NCBI GenBank assembly: GCA_963792965.1
Contig: CAWBYW010000005.1
Span: 33,064 to 97,063, forward strand
Origin: an uncultured delta proteobacterium
Lineage (GTDB): Bacteria; Desulfobacterota; Zymogenia; Zymogenales; Zymogenaceae
Length of the DNA stretch: 64,000 nt
Direction of reading: 5' to 3'
The position numbers and the translations under genes are program-made. The notes beneath the pieces are model-generated. The model searched no databases. It was not told where the DNA came from and saw only the letters and a list, made by a program, of their open reading frames with translations. Numbering within the stretch: position 1 is the stretch's first letter; every line of letters begins with the position of its first letter. This document shows, in pieces, positions 1-10,275 of the stretch.

Positions 1-45
1 CGGACTGAAATCATAGCCAATACTATTAAAATATTGAGGTCTACT

Positions 46-945
46 ATGTCCGAAAAAGAGAAGTCGATCATCTGGGAACAGAAGAGCGGCGCCATCCACC
101 TGGTCTCGGAAAGCGGCACAGAGCGCATTATCCTGACCAGAAAGGGATTTATGGAAGCGTTTTTCGATGAGATCGAGCTCGTGGAGGGAAAGGACGTTCT
201 CACCATGACCTTCCGCGGCCTGCTGACAAAGCTCGGTGCGCCCAAGGATACGGCGGACCATCCCACCCTCGATGAGGTGACCCGATTCCACGACGGCCTC
301 ATTTCGCCCTATCGACTGACCGAAGGCAATATGCCTTCCATTTTTACGTCCTATCCAAGGAAAAGGGAGCTTTCGGCCTTCGGCAACACGATGTTTACTT
401 TTCAGACCGTGCGACTCCTTCAAAAATTCAAGGAAGCGATGGCAGAGATACTGACCGAACGCGGCGCCGCCGCAATACTTCACCGTGTCTCGAAGCGCGG
501 CGGTTTCGCGGTGGGAAACAAGGCCATCGCCGACTATTCCTGGAAGGAGTTGGACGGCGCCATGGATTCGATGGACGGCGTCCTCTCATACGTCTTCCCG
601 CTCTACGGATGGGGCAGGACCCGCACCATCACAAAGAAGGCGAAAGACGGCAGGCGCATCTTTTTTCTCAAGTGCTGGAACACCTATGAGATGGACGGCG
701 TCACGTCCGCAAGGCCCTCGTGTATCGTCCATCAGAGCTACCTCGAGGGGATCGGCGAGAGCATTTCCCAGATGTATCTACAGAGACCGGTCGAATCCCG
801 CGAGGTGAAGTGCGGCGCACAGGGAGACGCCTACTGCGCCTTTTTCATCGTCGAGAAACAGGCGGACGAAAAGGCGATCGATTGGGCGAAACTTGAGGGC
901 GAGTGGAAGGAGATGGACGCCGTGCAGCTGACGCCCGATACGTAG
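46..945 (+). CDS. V4R (4-vinyl reductase) domain protein, stand-alone
   Basis: C-terminal V4R signature YGWG...SCIVHQSYLEGI...SREVKCGAQGDAYCAF; ATG at 46 after GAGG (ORF track starts at TTG 34). Confidence 0.75.
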   Translation: MSEKEKSIIWEQKSGAIHLVSESGTERIILTRKGFMEAFFDEIELVEGKDVLTMTFRGLLTKLGAPKDTADHPTLDEVTRFHDGLISPYRLTEGNMPSIFTSYPRKRELSAFGNTMFTFQTVRLLQKFKEAMAEILTERGAAAILHRVSKRGGFAVGNKAIADYSWKELDGAMDSMDGVLSYVFPLYGWGRTRTITKKAKDGRRIFFLKCWNTYEMDGVTSARPSCIVHQSYLEGIGESISQMYLQRPVESREVKCGAQGDAYCAFFIVEKQADEKAIDWAKLEGEWKEMDAVQLTPDT

Positions 946-987
946 CATCTGAAGATCCGAAGAAAGGACGCATTACTCCATCTATAC

Positions 988-1017
988 AAAAAAGGGGGGC
1001 CCGAAAGCCCCCCTTTT
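988..1017. terminator. Bidirectional intrinsic terminator
   Basis: AAAAAAGGGGGGC-CCGAAA-GCCCCCCTTTT hairpin between the convergent V4R gene and the pilin cassette. Confidence 0.8.
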
Positions 1018-1034
1018 CGTTCTCAGACGAGCCC

Positions 1035-4000
1035 TTACGGCAGGGTGCAGATATTGAAGTTGTCGAAGAAGGCGTTGTTGCCGACTGAGCCTGAACCCCG
1101 GCGCGCCGGTCTTCTGGCTGGTGTCGATCACCTCTCCCGTCTTGAGCGTGGTGCCGCCGGCCTTGACCGTATAGTCGATCGTCGGCCCGTTTACTTGCAC
1201 CCAGAGGTGATAGATCACGCTCGTGCTGTAGTTGTGCTTGGGTCCACATACGTATCGAGTGTCACATCGCTTCCGCTTGCCGGGTGATACATCAGATCGA
1301 TCTTGACGCTGCTGTTGAGGTGTTCTTGCCGACGTTCAGATAATAGTAGGCGCCGCACGTGGCGTTGGAGTTCCTGAACGTCAGCCCGGCGACCGTCGCC
1401 GTATTGCTCGGGTAGACATCTGTCTCAGCGGTATAGTCGTCGTAAAGGTCCAGCGAGCTGTTCTGCCAGATCCCTCGTAACGCGGCGGCCGTGGGGGAGG
1501 TGGTGGATGCCGCGATAAGCTTGATGCTGCCGCTGACGGTCCCATTGTATGTCAGCGCCTTGCCGCTGCCGCCGGTTTTTGCCGACTTCCATGTCCCGAC
1601 GCACAGGACAAGAAGCCGGATGGCGGTTGCGGGTTGGACGTGGAGTACGACTCCAAATTCTCGGGCTACGCACGTATCCGGCGGCCGGGTGGTCAGGAAG
1701 GTCGCCACGCAGCCAAGGGCGTCGACCGCATCGAACTCGTCCGGGAATACCGCAAAGAAGCTCCTGGTGAAGATCGCGGCGGCGCCGGTCGACGGGTTCG
1801 TGTCAAACGTGCCCGAGGTACCGGGTGTTACCGTCCAGCTCACCGGCCCTACTGTGTTGGAATTGTATATGCTGTCCTTCATCGTCAGGGTCACCGGGGT
1901 GCCGGTGGGGAAGGTCGTGCTGGTGCTCGTGATCTTCATCGGGGCGCACCCGCAGACCTGGATATTATCGAACTTGACGAGCACGTCCTTGACGCCGAAG
2001 CCGATCGTCCCGGTCGTATAGTTCCTGTCGATGGCGGACGCCCCGCCGACGGCTGACGGCCCGCTCGCACCGTCGAAATCAAGGAAGGTGTCGTCGAAAT
2101 AGACGTAGAAATCGTTGCCCTGCAGCATGATCTCCGCCTTGTGATAGCCGGGGCTGTCATACTGTATGTTGAAATCCGGCGCCGTAATATCGCCGCCTAT
2201 CTGGACGACGTCCATCGTCGGGGGGGTTGTCGTTATGTCGACCCCGTCCACACGCAGGAGCCTCGCAACCGGGTTTCCGCTCGTATCCTTGGTCCATACC
2301 GCGATATAGCCCCGGTCGATCATATCCATCGTCGGAGAGCCGTACAGGGTCGTCAGCGTCTTGCTGGAGGTTGCCCCCCTGAAGAAGAAACAGACCGCCT
2401 TATTGACGCCGGGCAGATAGGAGTCGGGAACCGTTATGGTGGGGCCGCTCCCATATCCGCCGTCGTCGGGGTTGCCCAGATACTTGAAGCGATAGCTGGC
2501 CACGAGATCCCCCCAGTTCTTTTCCGAGACCGGCCGCCCCGACGGCCGACTCATCCAGATCGACCCACATGAAGCTCTCGCTGTTTCTCCACTTCGCATC
2601 GGGCGTCGAGGACGGCGGGGTGGAGACGGCGCTTCCGTTGTAGAAGAACTTCGTGAAGACCGAGCCGGACAGATAGAGCTCGTCGCAGAACTGGAGCATA
2701 AGCTTCTTGACCGTGCTGCCGCTCGGGTTGAGCGTGGGGGTCGTTGTCCTTCGTATCATATTTACCGTCGAGAAGGCCCGCCAGCTGGCCGGCGATGCGA
2801 CGGGGAAGTTCGTCATATCCGAGGTGAGGCCGCTGTAGCTCGTGTTGGCGAATACCTCGAGGAACTTGATCCCCCCTTCGCAAAGATCGACGATGCCGGG
2901 GATGTACGGCCCGGGATCGGCATAGGCAAGGAAGATGTTCCCGGCGCCGTCCTGGTAGCGGACATTGACGAGACCCGCGTTTGGCAAGTCAAGGATCCCG
3001 TCGTTGGGCGTCGCGGTCCACCCGATGGGGAGCGCCCTTGTCCGGATGCTGCCCCTGAAGACACCGGTGCTGTTGCCCGTTTCCGTGAGGGTGATGGTCT
3101 CAGAATCGGTGGCGGAGCCGAGGCCCTCATAGACGGTCGCCGTTGTGGTGTCGACCGATCCGGTGCTGATGTTCCTGTTGCAGTCCCTCACCTCGACGTA
3201 CACGTAATCGCCGTTCCTTATCCCGTTGGCGGGGCTCAGGAGGTCGGTGTAGCAGCTGTCCCGGTAGGCGAAGACGATATTCGGCGGGCCCACCGGCAGT
3301 GTAAAGTTGGTCGTGGCGGTGTAGACCGGAGCCGGAGAGACCCCGTAGGTCGAATATGCGCTGATGATCACGTTGGCAAGCGACGTGCCCAAGAGCTTTA
3401 TGCCCGCGACGGCCTTGCCGGTCGAGTCGGTGTTGACGTTAACGGTGGTAAGTGTCGGGTTCCCGCTCGAGTCCAGGAACCTCGCCCCCCCGCTCACGAT
3501 GGTAAACTTCACCGGCTCAAGGGCGATGTCGCTGCAGAGGGTGCTCGGCGGAAGGTTGAGGATGACGTTGGCCTGGATGTCAAGATTGTCGTAGCTGCAC
3601 CCGTTCTGGTAGAAGCCGTCCGTCAGCGTCCCGAACCCGATCGTAGGCGACGTGTGGGGCTCCCGGGCCCGCACGGAGATGCTGAGCCCCGTCGGGCACT
3701 GGTTCAGGTCCAGAGGATCCAGCGCCACGATTTTCGCGTTCGACGGGGGGCTGCCGGTGCGGCTGTAGTTCTGAAACTCGATCCTCTCGTGCTGTACGCC
3801 GGTTGCGCAGCCCGTGTTCAGGAAGATAATGCGATATTTCTGATCTTCGGTATCCCACACCATCACGGCGTTGTATTTTCCAAGGTCGGTGCTATCGGGT
3901 TTGGTGAGCGTCCCCAGGACCAGGCTCGAAGCCAGCGGAGGCGACGTCTTCCATTCCGACCCATCGAGCGCCAGAATCGACGACCATATGGACCCGGTGT

Positions 4001-6111
4001 TGTAGGTGTTCATGTGGCCGCAGTCATAGCCGCTCGCGCGAACGGTAAGGTAGTTGTTCCGACAGCCCGCGCCCGTATAGCTCGACGGCGTAACAGTCAG
4101 GTCGGATATCCCGCCGGGCTGGATCACAAGGTAGCAGCTTGCATTGGGATCCGCGCCAAAGCCCCACCCCTCCGGCACCGGGTCGGTAAGTTTCTGCCTA
4201 TCAAACATCGTGGCGGCGGCCTTGATCCCGAGGCTCTGGAGATAGGAGGTCTTCGGGGACACGACCGTCGGCGGCTCGTAATAGAAGACGTACTTGCCGT
4301 TGTCGAGGCTCGCACCTGAAAAGTCGACCGCGACACTGGTTATATCGGCCGCCGTCCTCCCCGCTTTCTTCGAATAAAATTTGCCGGGGTCGACAGGGCT
4401 GGAACCGGAAATGACGACGCTGGGATGCGCCGGGTCATACGGCGTCAGCTCGATCTTGGCCCCCTCGACGGCAAATCCATTGCAGTCCTCCGCGTAGAGG
4501 ACAAATTCCTTGACGTCGCCGTCGGCCGTGGAGCATGCATTTGTCGAGGTGGGTGGGTTTATAAAGGTCAGGCTCGACGGCGCGCCGACCGTAAAGGGGA
4601 CGACGAGCGAAGAATAGACCGGAAAAGAATTGTTTACGCCGGCGACGTTGACGAATGATGGTGGAGTCGGCGGAAACCGTTGCGGTTACCGGCCTCTTCG
4701 TACCATCCGCCCCCGGGATAGCCTTCAGCTTGATGCCGGTAACGGAGCCGTTGGCGTCCGTCATCGGTTTCCCGCTCCCGTCGGTGTTCGAGACCCCAGA
4801 ATAGTCCAGGGTCGACACAAGGGCGGTCGAGTAGAAATTCACCGTCGCATTGGGGATTGGATGCCCCTCACGATCCTTCAGGGTAGCGGTGAGCGTCGCG
4901 AAGGTATCCGGGCACCTGACCATGGTGGGACTGACCGTGAGGATCAGCTGGCCGTACGGGTTGAGGGTCAGGTTTTTCGGGGTGACGCTCGACGTCAACA
5001 GGAGACGACGGTAGTTGTCCTGGTAAGGGACGGCGCCCCCCGCGACGGTCGGATACTGCTTATTGGTGCAGTACTTGATGAAGCAATCCCAGTTTGAAAG
5101 GCCGTTGCAGTTGGTCAGGTAGGGCTCTGCGGCGCGGAACTTCGGGTCGCCGCACGACCACCCGACCGGCTTGCCGTCCGAGCCGAAGGTTGCCACGCTG
5201 CCCACCGGATAGGTCCCGGTGTCGGTCCACTTGGCGTCCCTTCGGGCGGTCCTGAGGAGCATCTCGAAATCGACCCTCCTTATTTTTGCCATCTCCTCCC
5301 TCGTCAGAATGTACGGGGGGGTCGGGGCGATCCGGTTTCCGGCCGAGTCATACGATACCGGAAGGGGGAGGTCCTCCTCGTCATAGTAGCGGATAGTGAA
5401 GTTATCGACGTTGTCGGCCACCAGATCGGGCTGAGGATTCACGATGTAGGGATTGCCCGCGCTGTACGGCTGGCTCTCGTTGAGGAGCCGATAGCTGTAG
5501 CGGTAGATGTCGTAGGGGGGGCCCGTCAGGTAGAGCTTTATGGCGTCCTTCTGGTCGAGGCTGTTGTCGTCGCGCGCAACATTCATGTTATAGCCGGAGG
5601 TGAATTTCTCCGCGTCCGACACACTGCCGTCGCCGTCCATGTCGAAGAAGACGTCAAATGCAAAACTCCGCTTGCCGCCGGTGAAGTCGTCCATATCGGG
5701 GTCGCGGACGAGCTCGGTCGGCTGCTCGGTCGCGGTAACGTCCCGAACGGGCTTGTTGAGGGATATGGTGAGGACCTCGTTGGGCTCGATGACCCCGTTA
5801 TCGTTCTCATCCATGACGGTGGTGAAGTAGTGGTCGGACGCCGTCTCGAACTTCATCCCCTGCTTGATGTTGAAGCCCGAGTTCTGGATCGTCCGCGTGA
5901 GGTATTCGATGGCGAAGTCCCCGCGGTTTTCCACCTCCAGCATGGCGTCCTCGGTCACGTATCTCTTGCGCTGCGCGATAAAGACCTCAAAAATAGCGCC
6001 GAGGATGATAAAGGAGATGAGGACGGCGATCAGGAGCTCCACGAGGGTAAACCCCCTGCGTCCCCGGATCCTCTCTATCACTGCTTTGATCCTGTTCATC
6101 ATATCCCTCAC
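1035..6111 (-). CDS. Giant PilW-like minor pilin fused to Ig-like (Big-1-like) and two lectin-like beta-sandwich domains; about 1690 aa after repairing about 7 frameshifts
   Basis: N-terminal RRG|FTLVELLIAVLISFIILGAIFEVFIAQ prepilin motif. ORF pieces 4435-6111, 2400-4262, 1292-2599 and 982-1218 join by +/-1 shifts (~4655, ~2520, ~1663/~1595, ~1320, ~1243, ~1083). Repaired end reads GNNAFFDNFNICTLP-TAA at 1035. Confidence 0.75.
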
Positions 6112-8477
6112 TGTTTATTCGGATCCCAGATAAATTCCTGATCGTAGTCCGTGCCCTCAAGCCAGCCGACCTTTTCGACGCTGTAGGCCGAGGGGCAGTA
6201 GGGCGGCCAGTACTGCGGGTCCGAGTATCCCGGGTCCCACCCGATAATTCCTTGTAGGAGGTGTATAGACACCGTCCGCCTGGCCTGGCCTCCCCCGTAA
6301 CCGTTGCTGCTGAACAGCCCGATGGCCTGCCGCGTGAACCAGAGGTTGACGAGCGATCCGTCTATCGTGCAGGTGCCTCGCCGCCCGTCCAGTCCTCCTG
6401 GAACCCGAGGAAATTGTGGATCCCCTCGGTCTCTTCGTTATACGGGCCGCCGTTTACCGCGAAGGTGGCCAGGTCGTCCCGTCCGGAGAAGAAGGCCGCG
6501 CAATATCTTGGTAGCTCGCGGCCACTCGTCATGTTAATGGTATTGTTGACGTTCGGGTTTGGCCTCCCGCCGGTTTTCTCCGCTTCAATGCTGTAGAATC
6601 CCAGCGCTTGGAAAGGAGCGTCACGATGTCGCCGATGACGGCGCACCCCATCGTCGGGTAGGTGTCGCCTACGTTGAAGTCCCCCTCGACGTAGACCGGG
6701 TTGTCGGACACGATGGTGGTCGGGCAGACGAGCCCCTTCGTATTCCAGATCTTTATCGCCTGGAGGATCTCGGTGCCCTGGTTGATCATCCCGGCACCGC
6801 ATCCGGTAGTACCGGCGGGGCAGGTCATCGGGAGGTTCGGGCGCGCATAATACGGGTAGGGGGGGCCCCCGTCGACCGTATACCCCGCCCACCCCGGCGC
6901 CTCGGCCACGGTGGGCGTCCTGCTGACATAGATGACGAGCTTCGTCGGGTTCCCGGTCGTCGCATCGACGCGGAAGGCGTCCATGTTCTGGTTGTCCGCC
7001 CTGTTATCGTACTGAAAGTCGAGGTAATCCTCGTAAAACCATTTCTCCAGCGCCTCGACGTTGACGACCGTCAGGGCGACCCCCTTCATGTCCTGCCGCT
7101 GGTCGTTGCGCTCGAGGTATACGGGATAGGCGGCGGTAGTGTCGTTGGCGGGGAACTTGAAACCCGCCCCCCCGTGGGGATTTTTCACGGTCTCCGGCGA
7201 CATGACGATGGCACCCGTTGGCGGTCGAAAAGGTACTGCCGGCGTTGAAGACCTGGTCGGTCACGTCCTCGATCTTCACCCCGTTGGGAAAGGCCGTGGA
7301 GTCCCAGGCAAAATCCTTCGTCGCGGCGTAGATGTGTATCGTCCCCGTGACGTCGCCCGCGATGTTGCGGGGCGGCCAGGTGCCCCCCGCCCCTCCCTCG
7401 ACCACGATGGCCAGCCCGAAATATTCGCTCCGGTCGGGCGTGCGGGCCTTTTTCTCGTAGAACCCCTCTCGGAAAAGCGAGTTGAACGAGAGCGCCGGTG
7501 ACTTGGGGACGCCCACCATCACGTAGGAGCAGCCGCTCGCATCGGTGAAGCGGGGCTGCTCGACCCCGGCCGTTGCGGAGGTGATGTCGTTACTGATCTC
7601 CACATAGTCGCAGTTGGCCCCACCTGTCGGGCGCATGCACTTGTGAGTCCCCGAGGTGTCATCCGTATTGAGATTGTAAACCTTCACCCCTATGTGCCCG
7701 TTCCTTGCAGGCGAGGGGCTCGGGCCGAGCATCCTGTCCTGGTAGATCACGCCGGACGCGGTGACGAAATGCTGAACCTTCAGCTCGGGGGGGCTGCCGG
7801 TGATCGTGAAATTCTTTATCCAGATGGTGCTCCCATCGGGGGAAAACCAGATGTTGCCGTTGGTGTGAATCCTCCCCCAGGAGTTCATCTCCGGGCCCGG
7901 ATGCCAGGGGAGATCCTTATCGAAAAAGATGAAGTATTGCACGAGGGGCGTCTCCAGGACCCGTATCTGCCGCTTCAGGTATTCCGTGCCGCCCCTCGGA
8001 GCCGTTGGGTGTTGCGAGCACCTCGATCACGTAGGGGTACGCGAAGTGGATCATCTCCGAGCAGGAAACGTAGGTCCGGTAGAGAAACTGGTTCTTCTGG
8101 GGGTCGGGGTTTTCGGGGATAACCCGGTATTTCACGTTGACGCCGTTGAAGTCGTCGAAGAGCGGCTGGAATGAGTACCCGTATTTCGTATCGTTTGACT
8201 CCACGTAGGTCGTCCGCGCCGTCCCGGAGAAGGGCTCAAGCTGGGTCGTGATCTCCTCGTGGGTGATCTTCATGGCGACTTCCAGCCCCGCCTCGGCGGC
8301 ATTGAGGGTGTCACGGTTGACGCGGTAGTTCCTGACGATCGAGGTCTCCAGCATGACGTTGGTGACATATCCCACGGCGATCACGGTAAGTGTCAGCATG
8401 ATGATCATCGCCAGCATCATGATATAGCCGTTGTCACCCTTTAAAACGAACCTGAAGCTCTTTTTGTCTCTCAGCAC
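6108..8477 (-). CDS. Long PilX-like minor pilin, about 790 aa after frameshift repair, with HpsA/DUF4900-like C-terminal motifs
   Basis: NG|YIMMLAMIIMLTLTVIAVG...NAAEAGLE (PilX_N, no Glu5); GRIHTNGNIW; GIHNFLGFQEDW...GSLVNLW...YTPPTRNYGWDPGY...PPYCP. GGAGG before GTG 8477; TGA at 6108 overlaps the next GTG; shifts ~7994, ~7215, ~6590, ~6375, ~6275/~6244. Confidence 0.75.
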
Positions 8478-8534
8478 TTCTGGCCTCCGCTTCTTGATTC
8501 TCTTGCTCTTTCCGTTAGTGTCCCCCGCATACGC

Positions 8535-9363
8535 CTACATGGTGCTGCGGGCGATAAGGGTATTGAACGAGACCGTTCTCTTCTTCCCGGTCATGTCCAC
8601 CCAGGTGCTTTCCACCATCAGCCGAATCACGTCCGCGCCGGTCGTGTCGGTTATGCTGGCCGGAAGCGTCACGTGGGCTATCGTCCGCTTGGAATCGCTC
8701 CCGGCAACGGTATTGAGGACGACCGGCTCCAGCACGGTCCTCCGGGTCAGTATCCATCGCCACTTCGACTTTTCGGCCCTGGTGAGCGCGGCAAATTCCG
8801 GCTGGGGCCTCACCTCGCCCGTATCCATGTTGATATACTCGAGACACGACCATATCCCGTCTCCTGCGGCCTCATCTCCGTGAAGGGCCATGTTTCCGTC
8901 ATCGTAGAGGATCTTTATGCTGTCTCTTCTTTTTTGCTTTTCCGCGGCCGAGATGCCATGGGTATTGATGCTGTTCGCTGCGACGGTATATCCTGCGGCC
9001 CCCGACAGCAGGCCCGGCGCCGCATAGCCCTCGACCGTCCCATAGGCGGGATCACGGGACAGGATATAGTTGAAGTTCAGCACGGTATTGAACCGTATGT
9101 CCTCCTCGAGGGTGGCGACCTTTCGTATCTCCTCGACCCGCTCATGGGTCAGGGATATCGCGTTGTTTATCTGGCGGTTCAGGACCCGCGCCCTCGTGGA
9201 ATATACCAGCATGGCCCCGACCGCCATGATGCCCACGGTAAAGATGGACAGGGCGATCATCGTCTCAATGAGGGTGAAGCCCCGGCGACGGCGAACGCCT
9301 GCCGAAGCAGACCCGGCCTGCCACTATCCGGATAATCTCTATGCTTTTTCTTAAAAACATCAT
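8535..9363 (-). CDS. PilV-like minor pilin (frameshift in the leader region)
   Basis: RRRRG|FTLIETMIALSIFTVGIMAVGAML; C-terminal VIRLMVESTWVDMTGKKRTVSFNTLI typical of PilV; ATG 9363 after GGGAG is out of frame by one base. Confidence 0.75.
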
Positions 9364-9372
9364 GACTGCTCC

Positions 9373-10068
9373 CTATTCCCCCTCCAGTTTCCACGGGTTC
9401 TTGCCCGCCGCGGCCCGGTCAACATCGTAATACCAGACGATTGTCTTGCCGGACAGGCTCTCAAGGGAAACGGCCCTGCGGTTGTTGTCTACTTTCTTAT
9501 CAAGGTTAGTAAAGGGGATGATATAGATCTCCCCCCTGTCGGCCGCGTTGCCGCGTGCGGTGAAGGTCACCTTTTTATTCGGGAAGATGACGCCGTCCTT
9601 GTCAGCTGTGGCGACGGCGAGATTATAGATGTCCTTGGGGCCGTTCAGGTCGTATACGATCCCCATAGGCAGGTCCTCGGTGTGTTCTTTTTCGCCGGGA
9701 TCCCAGGTGCCGTTCTTATTGGTATCGGCGAACATCTCAATGTAGCACTTGCTTTCGGACGCCGTGATGGTTGGACGGACCTTGAACGTGATGACATAGT
9801 TGGTATCTTCGGAAACCGCCCGTATTCGCGCATAATTGAGAGCGAGCGAGACCTCCCGCACGCCGCTATCGGCCCTGATTCGATCGAGATTCATATTGAT
9901 GGAGTAGATCGCAATCCCGCACATGATTGCGATGACGGCCACCACGGTCATCACCTCGATGAGAGTAAAACCGTCGATATATGCCTCAAAGCGCCGCAGC
10001 AGGTCCCTTTTTCGCCCCAGGAAGATGCCCATAGATGAGAACCTGCTTGTCGCGTATTTCCACATCAT
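9373..10068 (-). CDS. FimT/FimU/GspH-family minor pilin
   Basis: DG|FTLIEVMTVVAVIAIMCGIA...VSLALNYARIRAVSE...VTFTARG, a FimT/GspH pattern. Confidence 0.85.
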   Translation of the reverse strand: MMWKYATSRFSSMGIFLGRKRDLLRRFEAYIDGFTLIEVMTVVAVIAIMCGIAIYSINMNLDRIRADSGVREVSLALNYARIRAVSEDTNYVITFKVRPTITASESKCYIEMFADTNKNGTWDPGEKEHTEDLPMGIVYDLNGPKDIYNLAVATADKDGVIFPNKKVTFTARGNAADRGEIYIIPFTNLDKKVDNNRRAVSLESLSGKTIVWYYDVDRAAAGKNPWKLEGE

Positions 10069-10092
10069 AAAGAGTTCCCCCTTAAGGATACT

Positions 10093-10108
10093 TGCATATT
10101 ATATGCCA
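10093..10108 (-). promoter_or_regulatory. Sigma54 (-24/-12) promoter of the minor-pilin cassette
   Basis: Minus strand TGGCATATAATATGCA is GG-N10-GC, 25 nt upstream of the fimT ATG. Confidence 0.8.
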
Positions 10109-10216
10109 TATCTTTTACCACCCTTGAGAACACAAGCCGAACCAGCTTCATACAACGTCTTGAAAACACGGCTCTTTTCCGTCGATCTTTTTTACCGGCG
10201 AAGGATAGATACAGAC

Positions 10217-10255
10217 TGCGCAATAATTACACAATAAATGTGAAATAGTTGCACA
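10217..10255. promoter_or_regulatory. Tandem enhancer (UAS) sites for a sigma54 activator, TG(T/C)-N11-ACA x2
   Basis: TGCGCAATAATTACACA (10217-10233) and TGTGAAATAGTTGCACA (10239-10255), 22 bp apart, about 110-150 bp upstream of the -24 element. Confidence 0.65.
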
Positions 10256-10275
10256 CTTTCGACCGCCATCGTCTG

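Noticed and set aside
1035-2900. Diversity-generating retroelement targeting the adhesin C-terminus
   Set aside because: No reverse transcriptase and no near-identical TR/VR pair seen in the window; the two beta-sandwich units are similar only at protein-motif level.
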